DNA of 64,000 bases from Fibrobacteria bacterium (GTDB taxonomy: Bacteria > Fibrobacterota > Chitinivibrionia > Chitinivibrionales > FEN-1185), in contig JBBIGR010000001.1 in assembly GCA_037447435.1 (NCBI GenBank), positions 160,001-224,000 on the forward strand. The letters run 5' to 3'. The translations under genes and the position numbers were made by a program. The stretch's first letter is position 1, and the number at the start of each line of letters is the position of its first letter. The notes under the pieces were generated by a model. It searched no databases, was not told where the DNA came from, and saw only the letters and a program-made list of their open reading frames with translations. This document shows, piece after piece, positions 49,200-58,969 of the stretch.

Positions 49200-50447
49200 T
49201 TACAAACAAAACCAGGGTAATGCGAGGATTTTTTCATGAAGTAGTAACGGATGCGGGCATCGGCAAATTACGTAGCCCATCGGTGAATCATTACCTTGTT
49301 CCTCAATAAACGATAAAAGGTGACGAGCGTCGGAAAGGGTAGGGTTTTCGGTCCATTTGACCTCGATCGGAATAAGAGTTGAACCTTGCTCTATAATAAA
49401 ATCGATTTCCGCGCCTGTTTTTGTTTTTTGATAATAAAGGCGTCCGGTTCCGAGATACTGAAGCCGTTTCCATAATTCGATGCCGACCCATTGTTCAAAA
49501 ACAGGGCCCGGGTCTGCACGCACCGTATCTATCGACGGGGAAAGTCCAGCAGCTGCATGGCGAACGCCGCAATCGAACACGAAAAAACGCGGCGTGGATA
49601 AAATATTCTTTCTGGTGCTTTTTGTAAAGGCCGATACGGTGAAGCCGACAAACATATCTTCAAGTAATTGATAATAGGACTTTACCGTTGGCAGTGAAAC
49701 GCCGGCTTGATTGGACACGGACGCGAAATTCATCATTTTCCCCGATTCGGCCGCGGCAAACTGTACAAATCGCAAAAAAGCGGCCCAGTCTTTGACAAAT
49801 GCTTCCCGGCGGATTTCCTCTTCGAGGTAAACCATTGCGTATGTTGTAAGAATGTCGCCGCGGATTTCTGGTTCTGCCGTGACAATACCGGGCAATGCAC
49901 CAAAAGCCAAGCGGCTTTCCAGATCCCAGCTTTCAAATTTCCCCGTAAATGTGACGTTATCTTCGATCTGCAAAGGGAGAATCTGGTTTGTTCGGACATT
50001 CGTTGGCGCAGGAAACGGAGGCTGTTCGATTGTTATAAGCGGGAAAAGACGATGCATGATACTACGGCCAGGCAGCAGATTCGTTCCGGACAATCGAAGT
50101 CGTCGCGCCGAACTTCCGCATAAGACAAATCGCCAGCGCTGTCTATCTTCATCGTACAAATATTGGACTGTATCAAAAACCGAAGGGACCGATTGCGTTT
50201 CATCGATAAAAACATATTGAGGCCCGCTGCCCTGTGGCAATGCCCGACACATTTCAGAAAGTTCCGCGGGACGAGAAATGTGGCGATTTCTTTGAACCGG
50301 ATCGGCAAAATTTATTCGAAGCGATTCTTTGGGAAGAAGAGCATTAATAAGCGTTGACTTGCCTGTTTGCCGAGCGCCAAATAAAATATGAACATAAGGC
50401 TTGGAAATAATCCCTTTTAATTTGCCGAAAAACCAGCGGTTTAACAT
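49200..50447 (-). CDS. AAA_14 ATPase with DUF4143 domain
   Basis: GARQTGKST, FIDE.Q, CGSS, LLPGR, FEQWV, EIDF, PIEVK. Confidence 0.9.
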   Translation of the reverse strand: MLNRWFFGKLKGIISKPYVHILFGARQTGKSTLINALLPKESLRINFADPVQRNRHISRPAELSEMCRALPQGSGPQYVFIDETQSVPSVFDTVQYLYDEDRQRWRFVLCGSSARRLRLSGTNLLPGRSIMHRLFPLITIEQPPFPAPTNVRTNQILPLQIEDNVTFTGKFESWDLESRLAFGALPGIVTAEPEIRGDILTTYAMVYLEEEIRREAFVKDWAAFLRFVQFAAAESGKMMNFASVSNQAGVSLPTVKSYYQLLEDMFVGFTVSAFTKSTRKNILSTPRFFVFDCGVRHAAAGLSPSIDTVRADPGPVFEQWVGIELWKRLQYLGTGRLYYQKTKTGAEIDFIIEQGSTLIPIEVKWTENPTLSDARHLLSFIEEQGNDSPMGYVICRCPHPLLLHEKILALPWFCL

Positions 50448-50476
50448 TTACAATTCCTTATTTAAACGATATTTAA

Positions 50477-50523
50477 TAGTCTAAATATAAATATGTATTT
50501 AATATTAGTAGTCTAAATATAAA
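50477..50523. repeat. 15-bp direct repeat, possible operator
   Basis: TAGTCTAAATATAAA at 50477-50491 and 50509-50523 (32-bp period), upstream of the AAA-DUF4143 gene. Confidence 0.6.
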
Positions 50524-50575
50524 GTGATATTTTAGTTTAAGCAAGATTATTTTGAAAATCCTCATGTCCAGTAAC

Positions 50576-50605
50576 AAAAAAAGGGCCCTTTTTGCAAAAG
50601 GCCCT
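50576..50605 (-). terminator. Intrinsic terminator
   Basis: AGGGCCCTTTT/AAAAGGCCCT stem with T7 on the minus strand, downstream of the 50700..52997 gene. Confidence 0.7.
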
Positions 50606-50699
50606 AATCTACGTTGGAGCAAGTTCTGAGGTATCTAAAAATGCAATTCACGCCTTTGTCCCTTCTCTTAAAAGAGAGGGGATGCAAAGCCACCCGACG

Positions 50700-52997
50700 T
50701 TACTTTACATTGATCTGCATTTTCCTCTGCACGATGCCATTCTTGTCTGTAATTGCAACAATGCACATGTTCCGGCTGATCCGGTTGGTCTTAAAGAATG
50801 AGGTTAAATCGTTCCTGTATCCGCCCCTGGTTGATACTATTTTACCGATCAGTTTCCCTGAAAGGGTAAATACCTTTACGTTCAGGACCTCATGGTTAAT
50901 CAAATATGAAGCAGAAGAAAAGTAGGCGGTTTTTGTAGTCGGGTTGATTTTGCAATTGACGGTCACCGTGTCGTTTTGATAATCATTCGGGTTAAACGAC
51001 GCATTGCCCAGTGCAGAATCGGCCGAATACATATTTCTTGATACCTTGATTCTTGCAAAAACCTTATTCACGCCATAATTATTGAATGCTTTGTACACAT
51101 ATGTTCCTGCCGAACTTGTCGTGCAGCTTACTTCAACCTGATAAACACCTTTAGCGGAACCCAAACTGATTTTGACAATTGCAGAATCAAGCGGTCTTTC
51201 GGCATTATTCAGCGAATCCCGAATGATTTTTCCCCGGATAATAAGCGTATCTCCGGATGAGGGAGGCCTATTCAAATTGACTGTCATAAGCATCGTATCT
51301 TTTTTCCCATCCTGAACTGCCAAAAAGGTTGTATCCTGCCGCTTGGTGGTAATTGCATAATCTGGCGCAGATGCTATGACTTGGCAATAGATATGGCTAA
51401 TTTTATCGAAATTTGCCATGGTATATTGCAGTATGCCTGTAATGGAATCGGTGGTATCTATTGTTTTCGTGACTACATGATAATTGGCTGTATTCGTGTC
51501 CACCATGCTCAGAGCGATTTGGGCGAGCGCTTTTTTCATAACGGAAGTGCCGTCGGAATTTTTTATCATGGCCCGGACGACAATAGTATCACCCGGCAAA
51601 TCCGTGTGCATAAGGCTCACTTTAACGGCAGCGGTATCGCTGACTCCATCCCTCGGTTTCGCGATGATCGTGTCTTTTTTGAGCGTTGAACTTATATAAT
51701 CCGTTGCAGTAGCAACGACTTTAACGGCAACCGTTCCCCATTTACCGAGATTTAAAAAACTGATTTTAAAGGCACCATTGGTGTCTGTTGTGGTAGTGGT
51801 TGCGCTGCCAATTGTGAAGTCATCTTGACCAATAGAAACAGCCACATGCGCACCGGCAAGCATTTTCGAGCTTCCGGCCGAATCAACCGTGCCGCGGACA
51901 ATGATGGAGTCGCCAGGAATGAGCGATGTATCTTTAACCATGACAAGGTTCATTGGAATGATGTCGTTTTTTCCATCAGCAGGTGCGGCAATGGTCGTAT
52001 CTTTGCTTCTGGTAATGGACAAATAGGTTGAAAGCGATACTTCGGCTTTATAATACACATGTGCCGTTTTTCCGCTATTGGGTATTTTTGCCTCGTAATT
52101 TCCATTATTGTCGGACAATACAGACTTGGAACTGGGATATGAAACACCATCTTTACCAACAGATATTTTAACTGTGGCGTTTGATAGCGCTGTGCCTCCC
52201 GCCGAATCCTTGACCGTACCTTGGACCAAAAGCGTGTCGATAGTGTCCGGAACAATCGTTCCGGCTTTCATACCCAGTCTTGCTTTGATCGTATCGCAAT
52301 TTCCATCCCATAAAATCCCTTTTGAGGAAATTACCGTATCAACACCGGTATATCCATTTTTAGATACCGATATCAGTGCCTTGTTATAAAGCCCGCTGTT
52401 GCAAAAAGCAGGAGCAATAAAGGATCCATCACTCGAAGTATTAATGATCCCTGGAATGGAAACAGTATCAGCAGGGGAATAATTGCCGATAAAAGTTATT
52501 TTGACATTTGCGCCATCTACACCTGTTGCACCCGATGTTGTGTCCGGGGTCGTGATTTTTCCAAATGTTTTTATTGAATCTATAGAAACATTATCCGTCA
52601 ATATACCCACATACGAAGGGTCTGCGTCCAAACTGTAGGAAACAAGCGTATCAGTACCCAGACTAAAATCAATATACGAAGAATTTTCCATTGAAGTTCC
52701 GATACCAGGAGTTACTTCTATCTGCGAATGCAAATGTTTGCTTTGTACTCCATGAAATGTTATGCTGAACATTCCTGTTGCGTTGGAATAGCCGATTTTC
52801 TTGAACCACAATTGCCCGTCAATCGGATCATGCATCGTGTCGGATTGATTTGCTCCCTGGATTGTTATTTGTACCGGTAGGTTTTTGATAGCCTTGCTTC
52901 CAAATTTTGCGCCGCCAAAAAAAGTAACGGTGGCGGATTGAGCGATTCCGACAACAAAAATAATAATAACACAGAATGCAAATAATTTGCGGTACAT
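50700..52997 (-). CDS. Secreted repeat protein (carboxypeptidase-regulatory-like beta-sandwich repeats) with T9SS-like CTD
   Basis: Signal peptide; about 110-aa repeats (G)DT(I/L)IVRG..DS..L..A.V.IS.G; tail VKVFTLSGKLI...GIVQRKMQINVK. Confidence 0.75.
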   Translation of the reverse strand: MYRKLFAFCVIIIFVVGIAQSATVTFFGGAKFGSKAIKNLPVQITIQGANQSDTMHDPIDGQLWFKKIGYSNATGMFSITFHGVQSKHLHSQIEVTPGIGTSMENSSYIDFSLGTDTLVSYSLDADPSYVGILTDNVSIDSIKTFGKITTPDTTSGATGVDGANVKITFIGNYSPADTVSIPGIINTSSDGSFIAPAFCNSGLYNKALISVSKNGYTGVDTVISSKGILWDGNCDTIKARLGMKAGTIVPDTIDTLLVQGTVKDSAGGTALSNATVKISVGKDGVSYPSSKSVLSDNNGNYEAKIPNSGKTAHVYYKAEVSLSTYLSITRSKDTTIAAPADGKNDIIPMNLVMVKDTSLIPGDSIIVRGTVDSAGSSKMLAGAHVAVSIGQDDFTIGSATTTTTDTNGAFKISFLNLGKWGTVAVKVVATATDYISSTLKKDTIIAKPRDGVSDTAAVKVSLMHTDLPGDTIVVRAMIKNSDGTSVMKKALAQIALSMVDTNTANYHVVTKTIDTTDSITGILQYTMANFDKISHIYCQVIASAPDYAITTKRQDTTFLAVQDGKKDTMLMTVNLNRPPSSGDTLIIRGKIIRDSLNNAERPLDSAIVKISLGSAKGVYQVEVSCTTSSAGTYVYKAFNNYGVNKVFARIKVSRNMYSADSALGNASFNPNDYQNDTVTVNCKINPTTKTAYFSSASYLINHEVLNVKVFTLSGKLIGKIVSTRGGYRNDLTSFFKTNRISRNMCIVAITDKNGIVQRKMQINVK

Positions 52998-53047
52998 TGC
53001 TCCTCCAAAGAAAAGGATTTTATTTTTCACCAATCAATAAAAAAATA

Positions 53048-53473
53048 TCACTTGACACGTTTCCACGGTTCCGGAAAGAAACGGTTTCTGTCGCACTTTG
53101 GATCGTCAACGAGTTTAAAAGTCAAATTATCATTTGAAATTGAAACCAGATACGCACCAGGCAAGGCTTTACCGCAATAAAAATCCGTGACCTGAATCGT
53201 GGAGCCGTCAAGGTTGTATTTTCCCGGATATTTAAGCTTTCCTTCTTCAAAAGAAAGTACATAAGTCCCATCGGAATTTATTGTTAAGACAGGTTTTTCC
53301 TTTACTCGGACAGTGTTTGCCCAAGTCCCGACCAAACTTGCCGTTTTGTCCTTTTTATTGGGTTCCTTTTCATTGCATGCGAAAATTCCGAGAAGAAATA
53401 CTACAGCTATTGCACAACCTATTCCCGTTTGCAAAATAGCACGTTTTAACTTGCCATCACAAAGGCTATTCAT
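53048..53473 (-). CDS. Lipoprotein, lipocalin-like small beta-barrel
   Basis: Lipobox IFAC; LVGTW, L.INSDGTY; ATGA overlap with the upstream stop. Confidence 0.7.
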   Translation of the reverse strand: MNSLCDGKLKRAILQTGIGCAIAVVFLLGIFACNEKEPNKKDKTASLVGTWANTVRVKEKPVLTINSDGTYVLSFEEGKLKYPGKYNLDGSTIQVTDFYCGKALPGAYLVSISNDNLTFKLVDDPKCDRNRFFPEPWKRVK

Positions 53474-54018
53474 GAGAAAAATTTCCTCCATTTTTTAAAT
53501 TTCCTGAAACTACCGGGGAGTAGGAGTGGAACGAGAAAAGCGAGTCCTGCACCTTTTCCGCATCCGGATTTTGAAGCGGTTTGAACCGGAACGGGTTTGG
53601 TCGAAGCTGGTTTGATGCTGAGCATTCCGGTTATCGCATAAGGACTGCCGGCATAATCCTTGACCTTAAACCTAACGCTGTCCGAAATTGACGACACATT
53701 TGTCGTTCCGGTTTTGGGTTTGATGGAATCGGGAATAACCACTGGAACATGACCCCAAGTGGAATCGTGGGGATAAATCGTATTTATATTAAGTTCGGCT
53801 TTCATTGCCGGATGCAAATCTCCAAATGATTTACCGTTATTGACGGAAACGGATATAAGAATGCCGTTGCTTGCGTCGAGATACGTTTGATTCGCAACGT
53901 AGTCGACAAACAACGTGTCGCCGACGTAAAGAACGTCGCCGGCTTTCGGGTTTGTTATGGTAAGCGAATCCCCGAAAGCCATTCCCGCCATCACAAGAGC
54001 GAAAATAAAAAAACGCAT
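53470..54018 (-). CDS. Exported protein with C-terminal GCGxG-hydrophobic-basic sorting-like tail
   Basis: Signal peptide; Ig-like ITNP..GDVLYVGDT; tail SKSGCGKGAGLAFLVPLLLPGSFRKFKKWRK. Confidence 0.75.
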   Translation of the reverse strand: MRFFIFALVMAGMAFGDSLTITNPKAGDVLYVGDTLFVDYVANQTYLDASNGILISVSVNNGKSFGDLHPAMKAELNINTIYPHDSTWGHVPVVIPDSIKPKTGTTNVSSISDSVRFKVKDYAGSPYAITGMLSIKPASTKPVPVQTASKSGCGKGAGLAFLVPLLLPGSFRKFKKWRKFFS

Positions 54019-54212
54019 GTTAGGCCTTTCTTCTTATTGTACAAATGATACGGATGTTTAAAATGGAAGATCGACAAAGCTGCTGTTACGGCTTTTATGA
54101 TATTGCAATGGTAAAAAATAGCCGCGAAATATTTGAAGGCAGTTTTAAGTTTGTAAGAAAACTGTTTTGGACAAAAAAATCAACTCATTGATTCGGATCG
54201 GCTTGAAGGAAA

Positions 54213-54251
54213 TTTAAAACCCCGATCATCTCTCGTTATGACCGGGGCTTT
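54213..54251 (-). terminator. Intrinsic terminator/attenuator hairpin
   Basis: Minus strand CCCCGGTCAT-aacgagag-ATGATCGGGG-TTTTAAA. Confidence 0.6.
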
Positions 54252-54284
54252 CTCTGAAGCAGAAGGAAATTTCTTATCAAATTA

Positions 54285-54313
54285 ATTATACGGAATACGC
54301 TTTGGTATTTCAA
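54285..54313 (-). promoter_or_regulatory. Near-consensus sigma70 promoter
   Basis: TTGAAA-N17-TATAAT on the minus strand. Confidence 0.7.
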
Positions 54314-54608
54314 GTATTGCTTTTATTTCGTAATTGAACCCCCCTGCAATGTCGACAACGTTTAGAGGACCCCGGAGTGCCGCGACTACACTAGTATAAA
54401 ATACAACCGGAGGGGTCGCGCAAGCGAATCCCCGAGCTATACACTCGCTCTCGATTCAACAACAATTTTCTAACCTGATTTGTATTGTAAAAAAATATTA
54501 AGCCTCTATTTTATTGGCGTGTTTTTAAAACACCTATTCTGTTTTTCATTTGTGGATGTTTCATTTTAAAAAATTTTTGTTTAACTTTCACCTAAGGGAA
54601 ATATCGCC

Positions 54609-55655
54609 ATGAAAAAAGCCCTTGTTTGCGGTGCCGGCGGATTCATAGGAAGTCATCTTGTAAAACGTTTGAAATCGGAAGGGTTTTGGGTTCGCGGCGT
54701 CGATATAAAAATGCCGGAATTCGAAACATCGGCAGCCGATCAATTCATCCGGGCCGACCTTCGTGATGCGGGTTTCTGTGCGGAGGTATGCGACACTGAT
54801 TTCGCCGAAGTGTATCAATTGGCCGCGGACATGGGCGGCGCCGGTTATATATTTACAAAAGAGCATGATGCGGACGTGATGCATAATTCGGTCACGATCA
54901 ATTGCAACATCCTCAAGGCCGCCGTTAGCGCAAATGTCAAAAAGTTGTTTTTTTCCTCTTCCGCTTGCATTTATCCCGAACGGAACCAGCTTGACCCTCT
55001 AAACCCCGATTGTTCGGAGGCTTCGGCATATCCCGCGGAACCAGACAGCGAATACGGATGGGAAAAATTATTCTCGGAACGCTTATACCTGTCGTTTCAG
55101 CGCAATTACGGAATTCCGGTGCGTATCGCGAGATTCCACAATGTTTTCGGGCCCCAGGGTTCCTGGAACAATGGAAAGGAAAAAGCGCCTGCAGCTTTAT
55201 GCAGGAAAATCGCACTCGCCCCGGATAACGGCGAAATAGAAATTTGGGGTGACGGGAAACAAACCAGATCCTTCCTTTACATAGACGAATGTTTGGACGG
55301 GGTCCGCAAATTTATGGACAGCACCTTTTCCGGCCCGCTTAATATAGGATCGGAAGAAATGGTTTCCATTGACAATTTGGCATATGCAATTATGAATATC
55401 GCCAAAAAGGACCTTGGCATCCGTCATATTCCGGGTCCGTTGGGCGTTGCCGGACGAAGATCGGACAATAAACTTATTCGTGAAAAACTCGATTGGGCCC
55501 CTTCGCTACCGCTTTCGTATGGTCTTTGCAAAACGTATTCTTGGATTTACGAACAAGTCGGCAACGGTGTAAAAGAAGCGCTAGTTTTCGCTAACGACAG
55601 CAAAACATTTGATTCACTTGAAGCCATTTCGGGGACATTCGCTTCAATAAGGTAA
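54609..55655 (+). CDS. NAD-dependent epimerase, GDP-mannose 3,5-epimerase-like
   Basis: GAGGFIG, LAADMGG, SSACIYP, YGWEK, RFHN, EKAPAA.CRK, WGDGKQTRSF. Confidence 0.88.
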   Translation: MKKALVCGAGGFIGSHLVKRLKSEGFWVRGVDIKMPEFETSAADQFIRADLRDAGFCAEVCDTDFAEVYQLAADMGGAGYIFTKEHDADVMHNSVTINCNILKAAVSANVKKLFFSSSACIYPERNQLDPLNPDCSEASAYPAEPDSEYGWEKLFSERLYLSFQRNYGIPVRIARFHNVFGPQGSWNNGKEKAPAALCRKIALAPDNGEIEIWGDGKQTRSFLYIDECLDGVRKFMDSTFSGPLNIGSEEMVSIDNLAYAIMNIAKKDLGIRHIPGPLGVAGRRSDNKLIREKLDWAPSLPLSYGLCKTYSWIYEQVGNGVKEALVFANDSKTFDSLEAISGTFASIR

Positions 55656-55765
55656 TTGCATTCAATTTCCTTGCAATCACCCATTTTTAGCAAAACCCTT
55701 AACTTTTCCTAACAATTGCCGGCTATTTTTAGAAAAGGAAATAAACCCCTCAAAAAGGAGGAACT

Positions 55766-56152
55766 ATGTTGCATATTGAAAGTGAGTTTTCTGAAATTAA
55801 AATTGTTCCCTCCGGTTTGAATCCCATGCTCGGGCATATCCGGGGAAAAGTAACCGATATAGACGGCAAGGGTTTGAAGCACAGCAGAATATGGATAAGG
55901 GAAACCGGACGAAGTACCTATACGGACAATTACGGCAATTTCGTCCTCATCAATGTTGTTCCGGCAATTTATACTCTTATTGCCGAAAACGAAGGATATA
56001 CGCAGGCGGTTTTAACCGATATTTCCGTTGAAAGCGGGGATAATCCGGGTAACCGTTTTATCATGCATCCTAAATACAGCAAACCGAAAAGCGACCCCTA
56101 CCGAGCATACGCGTTGCGGTTTGCGCAGGTTGTACCCTTTGCGACATTATAA
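55766..56152 (+). CDS. Carboxypeptidase regulatory-like domain protein
   Basis: G.IRGKVTD.DG..L, TD..GNF.L.NV.PA.YTL.A...GY; AGGAGG RBS. Confidence 0.75.
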   Translation: MLHIESEFSEIKIVPSGLNPMLGHIRGKVTDIDGKGLKHSRIWIRETGRSTYTDNYGNFVLINVVPAIYTLIAENEGYTQAVLTDISVESGDNPGNRFIMHPKYSKPKSDPYRAYALRFAQVVPFATL

Positions 56153-56770
56153 AAAAGCCTTACTGACAACTACGATAGCCGCAACGATCAGGGCAGTGCC
56201 GGCGATTCTGTTTACTATTACTATTAGAGCGGGTTTAAAATAAACTTTGACCCTGCTGAATATGAAGCATTTTGTCGTATCGAATGTTAACGCGCAGGAA
56301 AAAAGGCCGATAAAAAAAATAAAAAACGGTTGTGTGCGCATACAGAAATTGACTCCGGCTATTCCCACAACGGTCATCCAAAAAACATAAACAAAAGGAT
56401 TGGATGAATTTATAAGAAAGCCCGAGATAAACCCTCTGAACAATTTCGGTTGTTGTTCCATAGTCCCTATTCCGTTCATCGGTACGGTTACCGCCGGTTT
56501 TCGTATCCATTGGGTCAAACCAAAGACAAACAGGATAACCGCACAAACGACAGAGGCCCATCGTTGGTTATTGACTTTTGTAAGAAATTGGGTGCAACCC
56601 AAGACCGTTATTGAAATGATGGCGGTATCGCTTACCCATAATCCTAAAAGTACGGCCATTCCCGCGACAAATCCGCTCCGTACGCATGCCTGAAAGTATA
56701 GCAGTAGCCCCGGTCCGACACTGAGAGTCATGGTAAGTGCGACCAATGAACCGGCAAAAAACGGGTTCAT
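56147..56770 (-). CDS. LysE family translocator
   Basis: VGPG; GF.AG; G....D; GFLIN.SNP..FW; ATGA-coupled to the upstream gene. Confidence 0.8.
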   Translation of the reverse strand: MNPFFAGSLVALTMTLSVGPGLLLYFQACVRSGFVAGMAVLLGLWVSDTAIISITVLGCTQFLTKVNNQRWASVVCAVILFVFGLTQWIRKPAVTVPMNGIGTMEQQPKLFRGFISGFLINSSNPFVYVFWMTVVGIAGVNFCMRTQPFFIFFIGLFSCALTFDTTKCFIFSRVKVYFKPALIVIVNRIAGTALIVAAIVVVSKAFL

Positions 56771-57891
56771 GGGTTCCGTGTTAGCATAATAAGGTCGCAA
56801 ACTTCCCGAACCGCACCATTGCCGCCTTGGGCTTTTGTAATGTAATGGGCGATATTTTTAACCGCAATATTCCCGTCCGGCACGGTCACGGCAACTCCGA
56901 CTTTTTGCATAACGTCAAGATCGTTGATGTCATCGCCGACGTACACCACGTCTTGAAACGAAAGCCCTTCTTTTTCAAGGAATTTTCCGAGCACTTCCAT
57001 TTTATTCCCCGATTTTGCATGAACATGGTCTATCGATAATTTGTATGCGCGTTGATAAACAATATCACTGTTTTCCGATGAAATGAACGCTGTTTTGAGC
57101 CCTGCTTTTTGGACGATCGAAATGCCCATTCCGTCACGAGTGTTAAATTTTTTTAGTTCATCACCGTTTGCGGAATAATACATTCCGCCGTCGGTAAGCA
57201 CGCCGTCGACATCCATGACCATAATTTTTACCTTTGCAAGTTTATTCAAAATGTCGCTTTTCTGGCGGCCTTCCATAAGACGTTGTCGCAAAAGCGCTTC
57301 CGTCATTGTAAACGTTGTCGCATCGTCTATCTCGACATTCAGTTCCGGCTCATTGACTTTTCTGCAAATAGTGTCGCCATACCATTTTCCGGCCTTGATT
57401 ACGTTTTTATTTAAGATATAAACATTGCCGTCATCGTAAAAAAATCCCGGAATGTCTTGCCTGCGCAGATTCCGATGCGTGGCATATTCGATTATCTTGG
57501 TGTAATATCCGGTCGCAAGGGTGTCGTAGTTGCCTTGTAAAAATTCTTTGATGCAATTGTCTATGGTATCATGGTTTCGCAGCGGCGAAGTCGGTTGCAA
57601 GACCACCACTGCATTGCACTCCACTTGTGCGGCAATATGCTGCAAAACGGCAAGAGTTGTCGTATCGTCCTGCGCTAAATCGCATGGCCGTATCATGACG
57701 CGCGCTCCGAAATTCCTGGCACAATCGGCAATGACGGGGTCTTCGGTAGACACCACAAAATCATCGAGAAGTTTCGATTGCTTTGCGGCCTGTATGGTCC
57801 AATAAATCAGCGGAAAACCGGCTATCGGTAAAATATTTTTTCCCGGCAGTCCCTTGCTCCCGCCGCGGGCCAAAATGACGCCAAATATCAT
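56767..57891 (-). CDS. neuA: CMP-nonulosonate synthetase fused to KdsC-like HAD phosphatase
   Basis: ARGGSKGLPGKN, LQPTSPLR, EIDD; C-terminal DVDGVLTDG, F.TRDG.G, GDDIND, GG.GAVRE. Confidence 0.88.
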   Translation of the reverse strand: MIFGVILARGGSKGLPGKNILPIAGFPLIYWTIQAAKQSKLLDDFVVSTEDPVIADCARNFGARVMIRPCDLAQDDTTTLAVLQHIAAQVECNAVVVLQPTSPLRNHDTIDNCIKEFLQGNYDTLATGYYTKIIEYATHRNLRRQDIPGFFYDDGNVYILNKNVIKAGKWYGDTICRKVNEPELNVEIDDATTFTMTEALLRQRLMEGRQKSDILNKLAKVKIMVMDVDGVLTDGGMYYSANGDELKKFNTRDGMGISIVQKAGLKTAFISSENSDIVYQRAYKLSIDHVHAKSGNKMEVLGKFLEKEGLSFQDVVYVGDDINDLDVMQKVGVAVTVPDGNIAVKNIAHYITKAQGGNGAVREVCDLIMLTRNP

Positions 57892-57892
57892 A

Positions 57893-58966
57893 TCACATCC
57901 CCACTATCTTCAAGTAAAGATCCTTTATTTTATCTCTGGTGAGTATTGATTGCCAATTTTTGCCAAGCGCATTTTGCAAGGGTTTCTCCATGATAAGCGT
58001 TATGTCGATCATTTTTTCCAATGTTTTATCGTCAACAATTCCTACAGGATTCCGAGGCAACGTTATTTTATTATTGATCAGCATTTCCCTATAATCGGGA
58101 ATATATTCCGGATAATATTCCTCCAGATGATTAAACACAAGACAATTTGCCAATCCGTGATGGACTCCGAATGCCCAACTCAGCCCATAAGACAATGCGT
58201 GACAAATACCGACTTCGGAATACACAATGGCGTTTCCTCCCATGTACGATGCCATCATGAGATCGGCATCATTACCCTGGAATAAAAAAATGTTGTTACA
58301 AAGTTCCAATGCCTTGGACGCAAATGCTTTTGAAAATTCGTTGAGAAATGTTCCTGCCAGGGATTCGACGCAATGGATGTAACAGTCCATGCCCGTGAAA
58401 AAGCGTTGCTCTCTGGGAACAGTTGCGAGCAGATCGGGGTCGAGTATTACATAGTCGAACAGCGAATAATCGCTGTTGATACCCTGCTTCTTGACCGGCC
58501 CCGTAAGCACTGTTGTCCGCGACACTTCGGATCCGGTGCCGGATACGGTTGGTATTCCTATTTTGTAAATTGGCGGAACCGTGACGAGGTCCCAACCTTG
58601 GTACCTATGTGTTTTTCCCGGATTGGTAAGCATTATAGACAGCGCCTTTGCCGTGTCTAATGTCGAGCCGCCGCCTATTCCGATAATTGCCGAGGGAAGC
58701 GTGTGTTTTTGTTGTAAAACCGTTTCAACATGGATATCGATGGTTTCCGTTTTCGGTTCATTTGTCGTATCTTCAAAAAAGCATATGTCCGTACTTAGGA
58801 TCCGAATTTTATTCAGCAGCGGATTATTTTTGAAAAAATGATCAATGACAAAAACGACATATTTATCATTTAACCTTTTCTCTTCCAAAATATCCGCCAA
58901 GGCAGCTATTGCGCCGGATGAAAAAATCACCTGTGGAACGGGACGAAATATTTTATATTGCACCAT
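57893..58966 (-). CDS. Iron-containing alcohol dehydrogenase, KdnB (Kdo 8-oxidase)-like
   Basis: GGGSTLD.AK, MLTNPG...YQGWDL, PTVSGTGSE.SRT, NSDY, TGMDCYIHCVESL.GTFLNEFSKA, CHALSYGL, HG. Confidence 0.85.
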   Translation of the reverse strand: MVQYKIFRPVPQVIFSSGAIAALADILEEKRLNDKYVVFVIDHFFKNNPLLNKIRILSTDICFFEDTTNEPKTETIDIHVETVLQQKHTLPSAIIGIGGGSTLDTAKALSIMLTNPGKTHRYQGWDLVTVPPIYKIGIPTVSGTGSEVSRTTVLTGPVKKQGINSDYSLFDYVILDPDLLATVPREQRFFTGMDCYIHCVESLAGTFLNEFSKAFASKALELCNNIFLFQGNDADLMMASYMGGNAIVYSEVGICHALSYGLSWAFGVHHGLANCLVFNHLEEYYPEYIPDYREMLINNKITLPRNPVGIVDDKTLEKMIDITLIMEKPLQNALGKNWQSILTRDKIKDLYLKIVGM

Positions 58967-58969
58967 ACG

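Noticed and set aside
54340..54440. Second promoter or RNA in a GC-rich patch
   Set aside because: -35/-10 spacing is non-canonical (19 bp) and no convincing fold was found
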